From the IMG/VR virus record IMGVR_UViG_3300035670_000233, positions 1-59,451 of that record: a DNA stretch of 59,451 nt. One strand, 5' to 3'. Below, piece after piece: positions 9,124-17,160 of the stretch. The notes beneath the pieces are model-generated. The model was not told the origin of the DNA. It worked only from the letters and a program-made list of their open reading frames with translations, and did no database searches. This stretch comes from a virus. Taxonomy: Duplodnaviria > Caudoviricetes. The position numbers and the translations under genes are program-made. Each line of letters starts with the position of its first letter. Positions within the stretch are counted from its first letter, which is position 1.

Positions 9124-9536
9124 TCTCCCCAAACGTATTCTACCTTTGGTTGAACTGTCCAGCCGAACTGACCGTACCAAACAGGATCTTTCCACAATAA
9201 AGCAGCTTGGTGGCTGCGATGAATTTTCCCTCCAATCCACGAAGGATTATCGTAGCACATTACATACTTGGCCATCAGCAAACCAATCTCCCACGCCACA
9301 GAATCCGTGTAGCCCCGGCACTCCCACTCCTCGCAACAAACGATTGTGTAGTGAGCAAGAGCGCCGGCATAACCACGCCACATCCTAACCGCGGGGTGAT
9401 TAACCCAACCTTTGGACTGGAGGCCCACCAGAATCCGAAGAATCTGGTAAGCCTCCACGCGCTGCTTTCCAAGGCGAGCACGGTCAAGCGTCCTCGCAGA
9501 CTCCAAAAAGTCTGGGTATGGTAGAAAGGTCTGCAT
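9120..9536 (-). CDS. pyrimidine-dimer DNA glycosylase/endonuclease V-like protein (MSMEG_6728 family)
   Basis: MQTFLPYPDF...LDRARLGKQRVEAYQIL...NHPAVRMWRGY...HRSHQAALLWKDP. Confidence 0.85.
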   Translation of the reverse strand: MQTFLPYPDFLESARTLDRARLGKQRVEAYQILRILVGLQSKGWVNHPAVRMWRGYAGALAHYTIVCCEEWECRGYTDSVAWEIGLLMAKYVMCYDNPSWIGGKIHRSHQAALLWKDPVWYGQFGWTVQPKVEYVWGE

Positions 9537-9723
9537 TTCGGATTACCGTATCGAAGTATTCCCAAGGATAATCCATTTCGGATATGTCGATTAACCGGAA
9601 CGGATCTTTGGGAGACTCCCGAACAAGGTCGAACGAAGTTACTGATCCCTCAGCAACAACTTTCCACCCATCAACTCCAGGAGTTATTCCTTCTAGGCTC
9701 ATCCAAACAACTTGTCGAAACAA
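9484..9723 (-). CDS. hypothetical protein
   Basis: Small co-oriented ORF. Confidence 0.4.
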   Translation of the reverse strand: MFRQVVWMSLEGITPGVDGWKVVAEGSVTSFDLVRESPKDPFRLIDISEMDYPWEYFDTVIRNADLSTIPRLFGVCEDA

Positions 9724-9914
9724 GCTCCACAGGTTTTGCTAATCAAAAGTTCCCGCTCGTCAACGCCCAAATATGGGAACGCGTTTTGGCAGAGCTTAAC
9801 TCCGCGCTTCCAATCATAGTAATCTTTGCGCCTAACCGTGATTTGGAAGTCCTTCTTGCAATCCCTGCACACGACTGTCAGCTGCGTATCTAATGATGTC
9901 AATTGCTTTGGCAT
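9699..9914 (-). CDS. small zinc-finger-like protein
   Basis: CRDC...AFPYL...RELLISKTCGACFD; start moved to MPKQ. Confidence 0.6.
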   Translation of the reverse strand: MPKQLTSLDTQLTVVCRDCKKDFQITVRRKDYYDWKRGVKLCQNAFPYLGVDERELLISKTCGACFDKLFG

Positions 9915-10059
9915 TGATTCTTGCCCACCTTTCACCTTTTTTGAACACATCATACCACAACTGCTTATCGTCTGTCTTGACTGGAGCGATCATGCTAATA
10001 TCTTTCACTCCAAGACGATAAGTGAATCCACTACGTAGATATATGCCTATTACTTGCAT
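9832..10059 (-). CDS. hypothetical protein
   Basis: Small ORF overlapping the previous gene. Confidence 0.4.
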   Translation of the reverse strand: MQVIGIYLRSGFTYRLGVKDISMIAPVKTDDKQLWYDVFKKGERWARINAKAIDIIRYAADSRVQGLQEGLPNHG

Positions 10060-10376
10060 CGGCGAATGATTACCCGATCCTGCACCGTATGCAGCAGGCG
10101 GCGAGGTTGATCTTCCACTGGAGCGTTTTGGGCTACTGCGTAGAAGGCACCCAGGCCGAACACGCAGTAGTATTCGTTGCCGTCGCGGTCGATAATTACG
10201 TCGCGCTCGAAGATTTCACGCCCCGTGGAGTCCAACACTCCAGAGCCGTAGTCTAGTTCGATTTCCTCGGCGTCGTGAACCATATCATCCTCGTCGATGA
10301 TGGACCCACAACGATGAATCACAGAATCAACACCAACCATCCGCACTTCATTTTTCAGCCATGCACGCACGTTCAT
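10050..10376 (-). CDS. YopX-family protein
   Basis: RAW...M..V...SGVLDSTGREIFERDVI; start moved to MNVRAW. Confidence 0.75.
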   Translation of the reverse strand: MNVRAWLKNEVRMVGVDSVIHRCGSIIDEDDMVHDAEEIELDYGSGVLDSTGREIFERDVIIDRDGNEYYCVFGLGAFYAVAQNAPVEDQPRRLLHTVQDRVIIRRCK

Positions 10377-10377
10377 T

Positions 10378-10992
10378 TTACCAACTCCAGTGCCAATAGT
10401 TAGGACACACAGACTCAAGAACATTCTTACCATTGGGGGTAATAGCCCCAGCTTTATTGAGGTATCCTTTCTTTGTTAGGGATTCTTTAACTTCGTTCCA
10501 CCGTTCGAGAGTGATGCCCGTTTTCTTGTGCACACAATGGAAACGGTAGTTGGGGATTCCGGCGTATGAAGACTTGAGGCTACGAATCGCAGCAAGGACG
10601 ATCTTCTCATCCTCAAGTAGCTCACCAGCCGGCGGTAGAGCCAACTGATTCATCGTCTCGGGCGCAACTCGAATGACTATTCCCAAGTCCTTCCCACAGG
10701 AAATGACATGCTGTACCACAGCGTATCCCACGGGAATGGACGGAAGAATCATTGTGGCTGGCTGGCACCAGTGCCCGCCACTCTCAGGGATGTCAATATG
10801 TTTACACGTTGCCAAGTCCATGAATACGTGCGTCGTGCGGCTACCGTCCGACCACGCGCTACGCAGATTAACCTGTCCCTGCGAAGGAACGATTTGAAAC
10901 TTGCGTCCCTTATATTCGGGGTACGCTGTTTGGACGATTCTCTCAAGCGCGGGCGTCAGCTTATCTAGGTACATACAGAACCTCACATGCAA
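10378..10992 (-). CDS. hypothetical protein (C-terminal winged-helix-like segment)
   Basis: 204-aa ORF; ESLTKKGYLNKAGAITPNGK tail. Confidence 0.6.
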   Translation of the reverse strand: MHVRFCMYLDKLTPALERIVQTAYPEYKGRKFQIVPSQGQVNLRSAWSDGSRTTHVFMDLATCKHIDIPESGGHWCQPATMILPSIPVGYAVVQHVISCGKDLGIVIRVAPETMNQLALPPAGELLEDEKIVLAAIRSLKSSYAGIPNYRFHCVHKKTGITLERWNEVKESLTKKGYLNKAGAITPNGKNVLESVCPNYWHWSW

Positions 10993-11177
10993 AGGCCGAG
11001 AATAATCAGAACAACAATCACAATAACAAATAGAATCATTCCTCCCAATTCACTAGGGTCACCGGCCACAACAAAGCGCCCCAGTCGCCCGAGCGCATAC
11101 CATATCCTATTACCCACGCGAAAGAACGTGCCCGTGCGTGGGTGGATTTTCCAGTCTTTCATGTAGAAGATTTTCAT
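10983..11177 (-). CDS. small membrane protein
   Basis: C-terminal hydrophobic helix MILFVIVIVVLIILGLC. Confidence 0.5.
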   Translation of the reverse strand: MKIFYMKDWKIHPRTGTFFRVGNRIWYALGRLGRFVVAGDPSELGGMILFVIVIVVLIILGLCM

Positions 11178-11295
11178 TACTTGGCCCTCACAAACACAAC
11201 GTACTTGCTAACTTTAGTTGGCTTCCTTTTGTTGATTTTGCGTACATACGCACGATCCAGAGCATGACAATTTAGCTTCAAATAATCCTCCTTGC

Positions 11296-11309
11296 CAATA
11301 ATCAAATCA
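11296..11309. promoter_or_regulatory. repeated motif CAATAATCAAATCA (putative regulator site)
   Basis: Same 14-mer at 11445, 24686 and inverted at 24892. Confidence 0.65.
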
Positions 11310-11355
11310 TTGGCGTGATTTTTTGCATCCAATATTCCCCTTTCAGCATGGCGCT

Positions 11356-11384
11356 AATATAAGGTAGGGGCGCGGCTATGTCAA
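11356..11384 (-). promoter_or_regulatory. sigma70-type promoter TTGACA-N17-TATATT
   Basis: Consensus -35, 17-nt spacer, near-consensus -10, heading the accessory operon; twin at 58659-58687. Confidence 0.8.
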
Positions 11385-11425
11385 GCATAATTTTCACAAC
11401 TATATTTTTGCAAAATAGCACGGAC

Positions 11426-11441
11426 TGGCACACTTCCTGCT
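11426..11441 (+). promoter_or_regulatory. sigma54-like -24/-12 site TGGCAC-ACTTC-CTGCT
   Basis: Matches TGGCAC-N5-(T)TGC spacing; counterpart upstream of the twin promoter at 58739. Confidence 0.55.
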
Positions 11442-11455
11442 TTGCAATAATCAAA

Positions 11456-11962
11456 TCACTGCGTAGATTTTACTTCAAACATCGACTTAGGGATTTCGCA
11501 AATTGTAACCTTTGGACCTTCAAGGGCTAGCACATCCCGACTAATGGAGCACGCAAGAATCAATACATGTTTCCCGTTTTCTACTAGATACTTGATCAAT
11601 GGAATCATATCCCCGTTGCCGCTACCAAGAACCAGCATATCCAAACCAGGCATATCGCGAATCATTTCCACCGTAATACCTACACTCCAGCAGAATTTAT
11701 ACTTTACCTTACCGTCTCTGGACTTAACCACCTTGGTCTTTTCATAGACTGGCTGTATGCCAATTTCAGCTAATCTCTCTAGGAACTTGGCCGCTTCATC
11801 AGCTACTTGAGAACCGTACGCCCTTGCCGTTAGGACTGTGCCTAGATCCTTGATGAACTTCATGTATGCTGCGTAATCAAGTTTGTATTCCTCGCCATAC
11901 TTGGTCTTGGCCGAGTAATACAGATTTGCGACATCAATATATACGCCGATTGTTTTTCTCAT
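11456..11962 (-). CDS. NYN-domain (LabA/DUF88, PIN-like) protein with degenerate acidic motifs
   Basis: GVYIDVANLY...LDY...WSVGITVE...LGSGNGDMIPL; start moved to MRKT. Confidence 0.8.
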   Translation of the reverse strand: MRKTIGVYIDVANLYYSAKTKYGEEYKLDYAAYMKFIKDLGTVLTARAYGSQVADEAAKFLERLAEIGIQPVYEKTKVVKSRDGKVKYKFCWSVGITVEMIRDMPGLDMLVLGSGNGDMIPLIKYLVENGKHVLILACSISRDVLALEGPKVTICEIPKSMFEVKSTQ

Positions 11963-12285
11963 CGTGTCCTCAATATGCTTAGGTATTGGTGCCAATTCGG
12001 TTTGTCAAACAGTACTTTATAATCATCCGTTCCGGTCATTACCCACACCCCAGCGCCGTGTGATGTTAGCTGCGGGAATGTTTGGAGTTGCGCTGGTGTG
12101 AAGTGTGAGCCTACCATTCCAGGCAATTTACATTCTATCCACCTAATTCCATACATGCTATGGCAGGCAAATAGATCTGGAAATCCAGACTGGTACATGT
12201 TGCCGTGGGTGTCCTTAACGAACCACCCACGATCAGCCATGTATGCCTTAATCGCCTTTTGGATTTTGGACTCTCGCCTTACCAT
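11959..12285 (-). CDS. VRR-NUC nuclease (putative Holliday junction resolvase)
   Basis: ESKIQKAI...SGFPDL...WIECK...TPAQ. Confidence 0.85.
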   Translation of the reverse strand: MVRRESKIQKAIKAYMADRGWFVKDTHGNMYQSGFPDLFACHSMYGIRWIECKLPGMVGSHFTPAQLQTFPQLTSHGAGVWVMTGTDDYKVLFDKPNWHQYLSILRTR

Positions 12286-12508
12286 CGGGTGCCTCCATGA
12301 TAATGATTAATATGGCCAAAGTACGGATGACCGAAATCAGCCCCGTGATTGTTATACCCTGTAGCTGCATCATTTTCAGGTCGGCCACTGCCCGCGCCAC
12401 GTAGACCGCAGGATTCGAGGACTCATAAATAATCCTAGCTTCTTTGGTGGTCGGATCAAACCTAATTGCGCCTAAAACCTGCCTCAATGCTGTTTTGGTT
12501 ATGTTCAT
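12248..12508 (-). CDS. hypothetical protein
   Basis: Coupled ORF. Confidence 0.5.
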   Translation of the reverse strand: MNITKTALRQVLGAIRFDPTTKEARIIYESSNPAVYVARAVADLKMMQLQGITITGLISVIRTLAILIIIMEAPDGKARVQNPKGD

Positions 12509-12975
12509 AGCCTAAATCCGTATGCATAGACATGATCTTTATCCTCGGAAGTGAAGATCTTGCCGAAGTGCCGGCAGATCAAAACTTTTATTCCCTCGGC
12601 GGTGAATCTCCAATAGTCACTTGGAAATTCGTGCTTCGGGAATCCGATTCCAGGGACTGTAATTATGAGTATTCCTCCACCAGACATGCTCCCGTGTATT
12701 GCTGCAATCGTCCCGAACGGATCAGGATCATGTTCCAGCATTTCTAAACAGGTCACGCAATTGAATAATCCCAACCCCTCTGGAATGTTTTGACTGGTGC
12801 AGACTACATCAACGTTCGGGCCAGGTCGAGCATCTAATCCCGTATAGGGAATACCGCTCTTATCAAAGATATCTCTAACGGAACCATTGACGTCATATGA
12901 GCCTATGTCTAAAACCCTAGTGATGAACCTGCCTTTGACCACATTCTTAACGAACCTATGTACTTCTTTTGTCAT
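12505..12975 (-). CDS. class I SAM-dependent methyltransferase
   Basis: VLDIGS...YTGLD...VDVV...CLEMLEH...GGILIITVP...HEFPSDYWRFT; start moved to MTKE. Confidence 0.85.
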   Translation of the reverse strand: MTKEVHRFVKNVVKGRFITRVLDIGSYDVNGSVRDIFDKSGIPYTGLDARPGPNVDVVCTSQNIPEGLGLFNCVTCLEMLEHDPDPFGTIAAIHGSMSGGGILIITVPGIGFPKHEFPSDYWRFTAEGIKVLICRHFGKIFTSEDKDHVYAYGFRL

Positions 12976-13439
12976 AGTCTCACCACCAACCATGCTGCAC
13001 CGATAACGTAATCGGCTAGCGGTTTGATGAATCCATGTGGATCGTAGATCTTTTGCTCAGTAGAATTCCATGCTACCATATGTTCTGGCGAACTAGAGCC
13101 TCTCTTGCAGTAGATTAGCGCATCCCTAGATTGCAGATATCCCACGAACCTGCGACTGCACACGGAACGGTCCCAAATAATCTTTGGGGCGCTTTCCCTG
13201 TTTGGTGCGATAGTCGGGAATAGTTCTACTTGAAGTAGAATAATCCCAAGATCGTAGGCCACGTCAATCAATTCTTGAATGTGTATTCCCCTTAGTTGCT
13301 TCTGCCCTTCCTGCTCAGGAAAAGCAACTTCGGTACCATCATGGCCCAGTCTTTTGATTATGTCCTCAGGACTACAATCGAAAGCCATAGCTGCTGCGTA
13401 AATCATGCACCGCGGACCTTGTTGCGTAAGTAGTTTCAT
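12972..13439 (-). CDS. C39-like (papain-fold) cysteine peptidase
   Basis: Q..Q...C...AAAM nucleophile segment, HMVAW, IYDP; start moved to MKLL. Confidence 0.6.
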   Translation of the reverse strand: MKLLTQQGPRCMIYAAAMAFDCSPEDIIKRLGHDGTEVAFPEQEGQKQLRGIHIQELIDVAYDLGIILLQVELFPTIAPNRESAPKIIWDRSVCSRRFVGYLQSRDALIYCKRGSSSPEHMVAWNSTEQKIYDPHGFIKPLADYVIGAAWLVVRL

Positions 13440-14080
13440 ACCTTTTTCTCCAGTACCGCTTTTTGCGTGTGATACCCGTTCCACCATGCTTTCGACAAGG
13501 GTGATCCCTTAGGGTAGGGACATTCCACACTCGTTAGGCTATTAGCTGCTTTGGCACCCTCATCCGTCGCTACACTTAGGCACCCCTTCAGCCAAAGAGC
13601 ATGATCCTCTGGGTTTTTGGGGTATGGAGGCAGTTGTCCTTTCCTACCTTCTTCCATTATTTTATCCAACTTTTCGGATCTAGGTGGCAAATCTAGCTTA
13701 AATTCGGTCCTCGATTTAATCCACGGCTGCGAAAGATTACCTAGATCAGCGGGAAGTAGATCTTTCTTGATACACTCTTCATTGTGTATGATTCCCATGA
13801 CGTTGAACGCCACCGCCGCGGCATGATCCTCATCACGATCTCCCTTAAAGAGTTGTACCAGGTGTCGGAAGGCACTTTCCATGTATCGTGCCGTCGGTTG
13901 CCCCTTCGCCCAGTTATGCTCACCGTACTTAGCAAGCCCCTTCTGCATGTGTAATCCAAGGCGCTCAAGAAAGTAGGGGCTAATGAGGTCGGGACGAGGT
14001 TTTCCTTCATTTGTATCTCTCCTTGATCCTGTTGGAAATTCTTCTCGCCTGCCCGAGTCTTTGACGATAAAATCACTCAT
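13436..14080 (-). CDS. dATP/dGTP diphosphohydrolase (DUF5664-like) with C-terminal extension
   Basis: KDSGRREEFPTGSRRD..GKPRPDLI...GLAKYGEHNWAKG...SAFRHL...EDHAAAVAFN. Confidence 0.85.
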   Translation of the reverse strand: MSDFIVKDSGRREEFPTGSRRDTNEGKPRPDLISPYFLERLGLHMQKGLAKYGEHNWAKGQPTARYMESAFRHLVQLFKGDRDEDHAAAVAFNVMGIIHNEECIKKDLLPADLGNLSQPWIKSRTEFKLDLPPRSEKLDKIMEEGRKGQLPPYPKNPEDHALWLKGCLSVATDEGAKAANSLTSVECPYPKGSPLSKAWWNGYHTQKAVLEKKV

Positions 14081-14224
14081 CGCAACTCTCCAAGTAAGCG
14101 TTCAATTGTTCTTCCCAATCACATTCCTCCAAGTCGTTCGGATAATCATTGGGTGACTGTTGTTGCCAGAAATACTTAAAGCGTTCGATTTTGTATAACT
14201 TAGTTTCAATGAATTCTTCTAGTT

Positions 14225-14824
14225 TCATACTTTGCTCCTAATCGTTAGATACCAATAATCACCTTCCTGCGACCACTCACCTACGTTGACTGATTTGCCA
14301 GTTTCGTCCTCTACTTCCACGAATCGTCCGACTTCGGGGCCAGGAAGTCCGTCAAACACAATCCGAATGGTTCCTTTGCTTACCTCTTCCTTGGATAAAA
14401 CCACCTTGTCCTTATAGGAAGGATCATATGCCTTGCGTAGATTAGCTGGTACAGGCAGGTTCCTATGTTCCAACATGTTGATTAAAGCAGTATTTGAGTC
14501 AATCAATTCGCGATTTAACTGATCAGCGAACTTCAAACTGTTCTTGAGGTCGTCAATCTCTTTGACCGCAACCTTACCACAACGCAGAGCGAGCCGACGA
14601 CGCCAAATATCCAAGGCGCCAGTTGGTTCTGCTTGTCCGCTAGAGCGGCCACCATGCCAGCCACTCTCAGTCCATCCAGTCAAGAGCTGATTTGCAACAT
14701 CTTCTATCACGTCATCTTCACAAGCAAGATACGTAGCGATTAATCGCTTATCATCAAATGATAATTGTTCCAAAATGTCTTGCAGCGAGATTTTAAGATA
14801 GTCTTTTTCCAGCGTTGGTTTCAT
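14225..14824 (-). CDS. hypothetical protein
   Basis: 199-aa coupled ORF. Confidence 0.6.
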   Translation of the reverse strand: MKPTLEKDYLKISLQDILEQLSFDDKRLIATYLACEDDVIEDVANQLLTGWTESGWHGGRSSGQAEPTGALDIWRRRLALRCGKVAVKEIDDLKNSLKFADQLNRELIDSNTALINMLEHRNLPVPANLRKAYDPSYKDKVVLSKEEVSKGTIRIVFDGLPGPEVGRFVEVEDETGKSVNVGEWSQEGDYWYLTIRSKV

Positions 14825-15063
14825 TTCCTACCCCAAGGATTATTTGTATCCACTGACATTGGCTGCAGCGGATTGTTAAATGTCAATACCATGACCCACA
14901 CCCTGCCAGTAACTAGTAACTTGATTCTTTCCCGCCAAGAAAGTTTCCAACAGGAAATCACCAGTCCTTCAGAATCTTTGTACGCGGGTAACGGGTTATA
15001 CTCTGACTGATCCTTGGCGTAAACGACGGTCTGTTGCTTAAATGGTACCGGTTTCATTACCAT
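14821..15063 (-). CDS. conserved-type small phage protein
   Basis: KPVPF...YAKDQSEYNPLPA...ISCWKLSWRERIKLL.TG.VW. Confidence 0.65.
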   Translation of the reverse strand: MVMKPVPFKQQTVVYAKDQSEYNPLPAYKDSEGLVISCWKLSWRERIKLLVTGRVWVMVLTFNNPLQPMSVDTNNPWGRK

Positions 15064-15620
15064 ATTCCATCCCGATGCTCAATCTTGAGAGCACCTAGAT
15101 TGTTCTTTATATACTTGCCCACCGGATCAGAGTCAGCTTTTTCCTTTAGGCCATTGGACCACAACCAATGCAGGTACGATGCGGGGACATCCTGCATCAA
15201 TTTGCCCATGTGCTTTCCATAGGGCATCCGATCCATGTCCTTTAATCCAGCCACTACTGGAGTGACCCATTGCTTAACCTTAGAAGCAAACCCTGGCCCA
15301 GGTTGAATAATCAACGTAGACAATCCACGACCCTCGGCCAGCTTAATTTCCATAGCCACGCCGATTGATTCCTTAAATCCTGGAATATTTAGAACTACAA
15401 GATGCGTACAGACTAACATCATCTTGGAGTTATGTTCTTTCCAATATTCCCATGTCTTGGGAAGTCCACCTGATTGGGCCAATAGATGTCCGTGGGTTAT
15501 CGGTGAGTATACCAATAATCCAAACTGCATTAGGTCTGCTGCGGCTTTGGTTACTACGCGAAAACGATCCTCCCGAACGAGAGGATCTTCGTGACTGTAT
15601 GGTGTTGCTAAGTAGATCAT
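15057..15620 (-). CDS. DUF1937 (nucleoside deoxyribosyltransferase-like) fused to a DUF3820-like domain
   Basis: IYLATPYSH...YSPITHGH...ESIGVAMEI; C-terminal MPYGKHMGKLMQDVPASYLHWL. Confidence 0.75.
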   Translation of the reverse strand: MIYLATPYSHEDPLVREDRFRVVTKAAADLMQFGLLVYSPITHGHLLAQSGGLPKTWEYWKEHNSKMMLVCTHLVVLNIPGFKESIGVAMEIKLAEGRGLSTLIIQPGPGFASKVKQWVTPVVAGLKDMDRMPYGKHMGKLMQDVPASYLHWLWSNGLKEKADSDPVGKYIKNNLGALKIEHRDGIW

Positions 15621-16489
15621 ACCATTCTCTCCAGTTTCTCCAAGAATTCTTTCATCTCCCTAGCTGTTAAGAACGGGTGCATTTCCTGAATTAATTGTGC
15701 TGGGTAGGTGGAAGGAAGCTCGTTCTTTCTCAACAGGTCACGAATAATCCTCCGAAGGGCTTCCACATCGTAGGCTGAGAAGGCTTCAGCTTCCAACCTA
15801 TATTGCGTAAACGCTATCCAGCAATCAGGAACAGCCTCAGACACAAATTGTGTTATGGCTTTAGCGTATTCTCTGATTTCCTGCTGTGCCGTTCGATGCA
15901 GTCTCTTCTCCAAGAAATGGAAAAGATTATGCAGGTCAATCTTCCAGTATGCTTCCGTATATGTAGATAGAGGAAGATCCTTTCTAGCTTGTTCCCTAGC
16001 CACACCCATAGCCAGGCGCTCTTTGTAAACACACCTTGCTAGGTCGTGCAATTCCAGTTCTCTTACGCTAAGGTGTTCCTGCGGATCATCACTTAATCTC
16101 AGAGCATCCTTACTAGGCCAGTGGATCGGCTCCATTCCAGATCCCTGTCTATTACCTTTTGATTGTCCCCGCCAGTACTGCGTCAGGGCCATAGAATCAA
16201 TGGCCTCTGAGTAGCGAGTAGAATATTCGTTAACATTGGCTGTTCTATGGCGAATCCATTGCCGCCAAGTATCCATTGGCACACGCACATGAAACTTAAA
16301 CTCCACCATTTCAAATGGCGTAGTGTGTCCATGCCGCATCAAGTAATTAATCAGCGTGCGATCATCCGAGGGGGTTTTCGTGCCCGCCCCGTACGACACT
16401 CTAGCGGCCTGAACAACGGAATGATCATCACCCATTACGTCCACGAGTCTGACGAATCCATCAGGAGCGACTGGTACGTTTGTGGTCAC
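15617..16489 (-). CDS. thyX: FAD-dependent thymidylate synthase
   Basis: AARVSY, HTTPFE, RQWIRHRTANVNEYSTRY, AREQARKDLP, AQQEIREYA. Confidence 0.95.
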   Translation of the reverse strand: MTTNVPVAPDGFVRLVDVMGDDHSVVQAARVSYGAGTKTPSDDRTLINYLMRHGHTTPFEMVEFKFHVRVPMDTWRQWIRHRTANVNEYSTRYSEAIDSMALTQYWRGQSKGNRQGSGMEPIHWPSKDALRLSDDPQEHLSVRELELHDLARCVYKERLAMGVAREQARKDLPLSTYTEAYWKIDLHNLFHFLEKRLHRTAQQEIREYAKAITQFVSEAVPDCWIAFTQYRLEAEAFSAYDVEALRRIIRDLLRKNELPSTYPAQLIQEMHPFLTAREMKEFLEKLERMV

Positions 16490-16859
16490 GGATTGCCCTC
16501 TTTAGGTTAGCTACGTTGAACAAAGCTGGCCGATTCTTAATCGACTCCAGAAGTTGATTAACCGCATCCTTAAGCATCAACGCTTCCCGAGTATCTCCAT
16601 AGTCCTCGTACATTGAGTAATAGAGATCCCACTGAGATTCCGAAAGTAAACGCCTTACACGCACCGCACCCAGCAAGGTGGATTCTTCAATCTCAACGAT
16701 CCACCGATGTGCTTCATTTACTATTGGCGCTGGTATGTCGGAGTGATCAACAGTTTCAGTTACTTCCATGCGTCGAAAATGTTTCGTATGCCTAAGCACG
16801 GTGGAGTTAATCAACTCACACACCTTGCTGATGTGTTGCAGCTTTTCTTCTTTCTTCAT
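16461..16859 (-). CDS. hypothetical protein
   Basis: 132-aa ORF in operon. Confidence 0.55.
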   Translation of the reverse strand: MKKEEKLQHISKVCELINSTVLRHTKHFRRMEVTETVDHSDIPAPIVNEAHRWIVEIEESTLLGAVRVRRLLSESQWDLYYSMYEDYGDTREALMLKDAVNQLLESIKNRPALFNVANLKRAIRDHKRTSRS

Positions 16860-17160
16860 ATTCCTCTATCTCCTGTACTAGGTCTAGCTTACTCAGTCGT
16901 GAGTAGTTTGTTATCTTAAGGGTCTTGGCCCGATCTTTCAGTTCGACCGAAGACATTTCTCCAATAGACTTTTTGTTATGGAACTTAATCCAGTCAGCCA
17001 CACCCTCCTTATTACAGTCTCGGATTAGCTGCCTCAACGTTTCTAATTCAGCCTTGGATGACTTAGCTACTAGAATCCCGAAAGTAATTGACCGAACTTG
17101 TGATTCGATAGATCGCAAGTTTAGGATTCTTTGATGCACTAATTGTTCAAATTCATTCAT
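16816..17160 (-). CDS. hypothetical protein with Rho-N-like helical C-terminal domain
   Basis: MSSVELKDRAKTLKITNYSRLSKLDLVQEI; start moved to MNEF. Confidence 0.6.
   Translation of the reverse strand: MNEFEQLVHQRILNLRSIESQVRSITFGILVAKSSKAELETLRQLIRDCNKEGVADWIKFHNKKSIGEMSSVELKDRAKTLKITNYSRLSKLDLVQEIEEYEERRKAATHQQGV

Noticed and set aside
13436-14080. Z-genome (2-aminoadenine) pathway
   Set aside because: No PurZ/PurA-like gene recognised, and an adenine methylase is present
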